Part shown: positions 61,900 through 64,000 of the stretch, piece by piece
Position numbering within the stretch: the stretch's first letter is position 1
Layout of the letters: each line of letters opens with the position of its first letter
NCBI GenBank assembly: GCA_964548625.1
Contig: CAZJRY010000002.1
Location: 28,206-92,205 of the forward strand
Reading direction: 5' to 3'
Source of the DNA: an uncultured Mediterraneibacter sp.
GTDB taxonomy: Bacteria > Bacillota > Clostridia > Lachnospirales > Lachnospiraceae
Length of the DNA: 64,000 nucleotides
The notes under the pieces: generated by a model
What the model saw: only the letters and a program-made list of their open reading frames with translations
Database searches by the model: none
What the model was told of the DNA's origin: nothing
Made by a program: the position numbers and the translations under genes

Positions 61900-61931
61900 T
61901 GTATTATAATACACATCTCAGTTTTCTTCAA
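61900..61931 (-). promoter_or_regulatory. Sigma-A promoter with a 14-bp palindrome over the -10
   Basis: TTGAAG-N17-TATAAT on the minus strand. TGTATTATAATACA (61900..61913) is a perfect palindrome. Confidence 0.65.
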
Positions 61932-61950
61932 TATGATAATTTTACCTGTT

Positions 61951-63039
61951 TTATCCGTTCACTTTACAATTTTTTAAAAAGGAAATTATAATTTTTTTGA
62001 CTTTATTTCCTGTTACATATATAAACAAGGATAATAGGAAAATCCCAGCCATAATCATCTCAACCTGTATAAGTATCGACAATCTGCCTTTAAAAAAATA
62101 TTGTACCAGCAGTCTGACAGCAGTCTGCGACAGATATATCGGCAGACTGAGTTTTCCAAGAAATAAAAACACTTTATTTTGAAACAGGCTCGAACCGAAA
62201 GTAAGTCCACTAAATGATAAACAGACGGCTGCTGCCAAGGCATAAAGGGCATATGCCTCATATTTTATACTGACCTGAGAGCAGGAGAATAGCAGAACTG
62301 CCACATAACACCCATATTCTATGATGGAAAATATGAATCGCAGAATTTTTGAAAATGAATATTTATGTATAAACCGACTTACTTCAAAGGTAAAAACGCC
62401 AATACATATTTCTGCCAGACCGCGCAACTGCACTTTAGATATAATTCCATCCCATGCAGAAACGCCTGATACATACCCATATTTTTCACAAAGATAGCCT
62501 ATTAGAAAAATACCTATTACCGGTGAAACTATTCTCGTGAATACCTCATAATATTTTTTACAAATCGGATACAATATAAACAATGAAAGCAGCATCACAG
62601 AAATATACCACTCCACCCCGATAATATCTTCCGAATATATTCCGGTTTTCTGAATCAAGAAAAAGTTGGGAAGGCTCTTGACCAGTCTCGCGACACTTTC
62701 AAAAAAAGAATAATCCCTGATAAAAACAATCACAATAAATGTTACAAAAAACGCAATTGCATGGTAGGGAAATATTGCTAACCATTTATGAAACACAAAC
62801 TGTATTGTATCTTTCCCCAGCGGGACGTTCACATCTTTATTTTTATAACATGAACGCGCAAATAAATAGCCGGTTACAATGAAAAAAAACTCTACCCCTA
62901 TTTTCCCATACCTGAAAAAACTAAAGTATTCTCCAAACTCATACTTCAGATCAAAATATGACTGATTCAGATGATAAAAAATGACTGTTATACAAAAACA
63001 AAATCTAAAAAATTCTATTTTCCCATTTCGCGCTTTCAT
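61951..63039 (-). CDS. Acyltransferase family 3 (second O-acyltransferase), very AT-rich
   Basis: RNGKIEFFRFCFC..VIFYH, GVEFFFIVTGY, VEWYISV, FLGKLSLPIYL, multiple TM segments. Confidence 0.85.
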   Translation of the reverse strand: MKARNGKIEFFRFCFCITVIFYHLNQSYFDLKYEFGEYFSFFRYGKIGVEFFFIVTGYLFARSCYKNKDVNVPLGKDTIQFVFHKWLAIFPYHAIAFFVTFIVIVFIRDYSFFESVARLVKSLPNFFLIQKTGIYSEDIIGVEWYISVMLLSLFILYPICKKYYEVFTRIVSPVIGIFLIGYLCEKYGYVSGVSAWDGIISKVQLRGLAEICIGVFTFEVSRFIHKYSFSKILRFIFSIIEYGCYVAVLLFSCSQVSIKYEAYALYALAAAVCLSFSGLTFGSSLFQNKVFLFLGKLSLPIYLSQTAVRLLVQYFFKGRLSILIQVEMIMAGIFLLSLFIYVTGNKVKKIIISFLKNCKVNG

Positions 63040-63068
63040 ATGAAAATCCTTTTTTATACTATTACATA

Positions 63069-64000
63069 TCAGAACAAAAATCTGCGTTTTTTATTCCAGA
63101 ACCCTGGTTTTTTTCTCCACATTGCCTCCACGACGACAGACTCGATTTCACGATTTTCAAATAATGGAATGACTTCTTCATCGACAAACTTTCTGTATGC
63201 ACAGTCTTTCTCCTCATTATAACTGCTCACCGGATGATACGAACCATCAGCCAGAATCCAGTACCAGATATTATGCTCCTTAACCCTCATTCTCCATCCT
63301 TCGAATTCTTCCCCTTTATAAGAAAAACCATTGGAAAGTAAACGCTCCTTCCCCGTGTTAGCTATGTGCAAGAATGGAGTAAATTCTACAGATCCGCTCT
63401 TTAATTTGTTAGCAGTTCCAATAGTATTATCGTATTTAATATTGCATTCCCCCATTGTATGACCACTATTGTAATGAATCACATATTCAGGGGATTCCCA
63501 TACTGCTTCCGCAACCATGACATTAATGTGCCTTACCGGAATAATAGGGAAATCTTCTCCCGGCGAAAAAACATCTGCAAAATGGAAATTCCCTGTCTTT
63601 CTCGGATAAAATCCGCCATCTTTAAGAAGCCAATACCATTTATTTTGAATTCGAAAACGGACTCTCCAGGCTTTAAAGTGATTCTCTTTCCGTAAAAAAG
63701 CACATTCTATAAATTTGCCTATCTTATTATTTAAAACTTTTTCACCATGTACAAACTCTATATTTCCGGATGCCAAGTAATTTATATTTTTACTTTTTAC
63801 ATCAAATACATTATTATCTAAATCAGAGCATTTTCCACCGCTATGATAGATAACCTGATCAATGACAGCTATTCCTGATCGTTCAGCTTGAAGCCGAATG
63901 AGATTTTGATTATACTTCCCATAGCAACGTGCAAACTTTCTTTCAAGCTTTTCGCGTTCCATCTGTAAAGTAGTACCGGAATATGGTTTAATATTATCTT
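63069..64000 (-). CDS. C-terminal part of a hypothetical protein with two ~124-aa repeats, 5' end outside the window
   Basis: The frame stays open from 63962 to the window edge (..DNIKPYSGTTLQM..). The internal duplication is visible in the translation. Confidence 0.75.
   Translation of the reverse strand, partial: DNIKPYSGTTLQMEREKLERKFARCYGKYNQNLIRLQAERSGIAVIDQVIYHSGGKCSDLDNNVFDVKSKNINYLASGNIEFVHGEKVLNNKIGKFIECAFLRKENHFKAWRVRFRIQNKWYWLLKDGGFYPRKTGNFHFADVFSPGEDFPIIPVRHINVMVAEAVWESPEYVIHYNSGHTMGECNIKYDNTIGTANKLKSGSVEFTPFLHIANTGKERLLSNGFSYKGEEFEGWRMRVKEHNIWYWILADGSYHPVSSYNEEKDCAYRKFVDEEVIPLFENREIESVVVEAMWRKKPGFWNKKRRFLF

Overview
Chromosomal window from a spore-forming clostridium. Gene content and order look like Lachnospiraceae; that assignment is inferred, not computed. 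Bases 1-47 kb are mostly core genes: apgM-like/hom/prfB/secA, hisA, fbp, dapB, ssb, typA, hpf, PBP1A, glcK/hprK/uvrC/ftsH, pyrG, dus, an ABC exporter, a dcw cluster (mraZ to ftsZ) running into spoIIGA-sigE, degV, a second SEDS gene, tRNA-Pro(GGG), cotJABC and htrA. From about 47 kb to the end is a minus-strand, increasingly AT-rich surface-glycopolymer locus. It has an LCP ligase, TagGH-type ABC exporter, capsule-type initiating phosphotransferase, two acyltransferases, a TarI-like cytidylyltransferase paired with an extended SDR instead of TarJ, three TagB/TarL/TagF-family polymerases and a truncated two-repeat protein. Main observations: (1) this hybrid teichoic-acid/capsule pathway; (2) a 1-nt frameshift in sigE that removes its DNA-binding helix-turn-helix; (3) six AGTGG-type boxes at exact 10-bp spacing over the mraZ promoter; (4) strongly acidic extracytoplasmic domains throughout; (5) the prfB programmed frameshift. 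I saw no mobile element, CRISPR array, prophage or defence system. Family assignments come from motif recognition by eye, with no database search.
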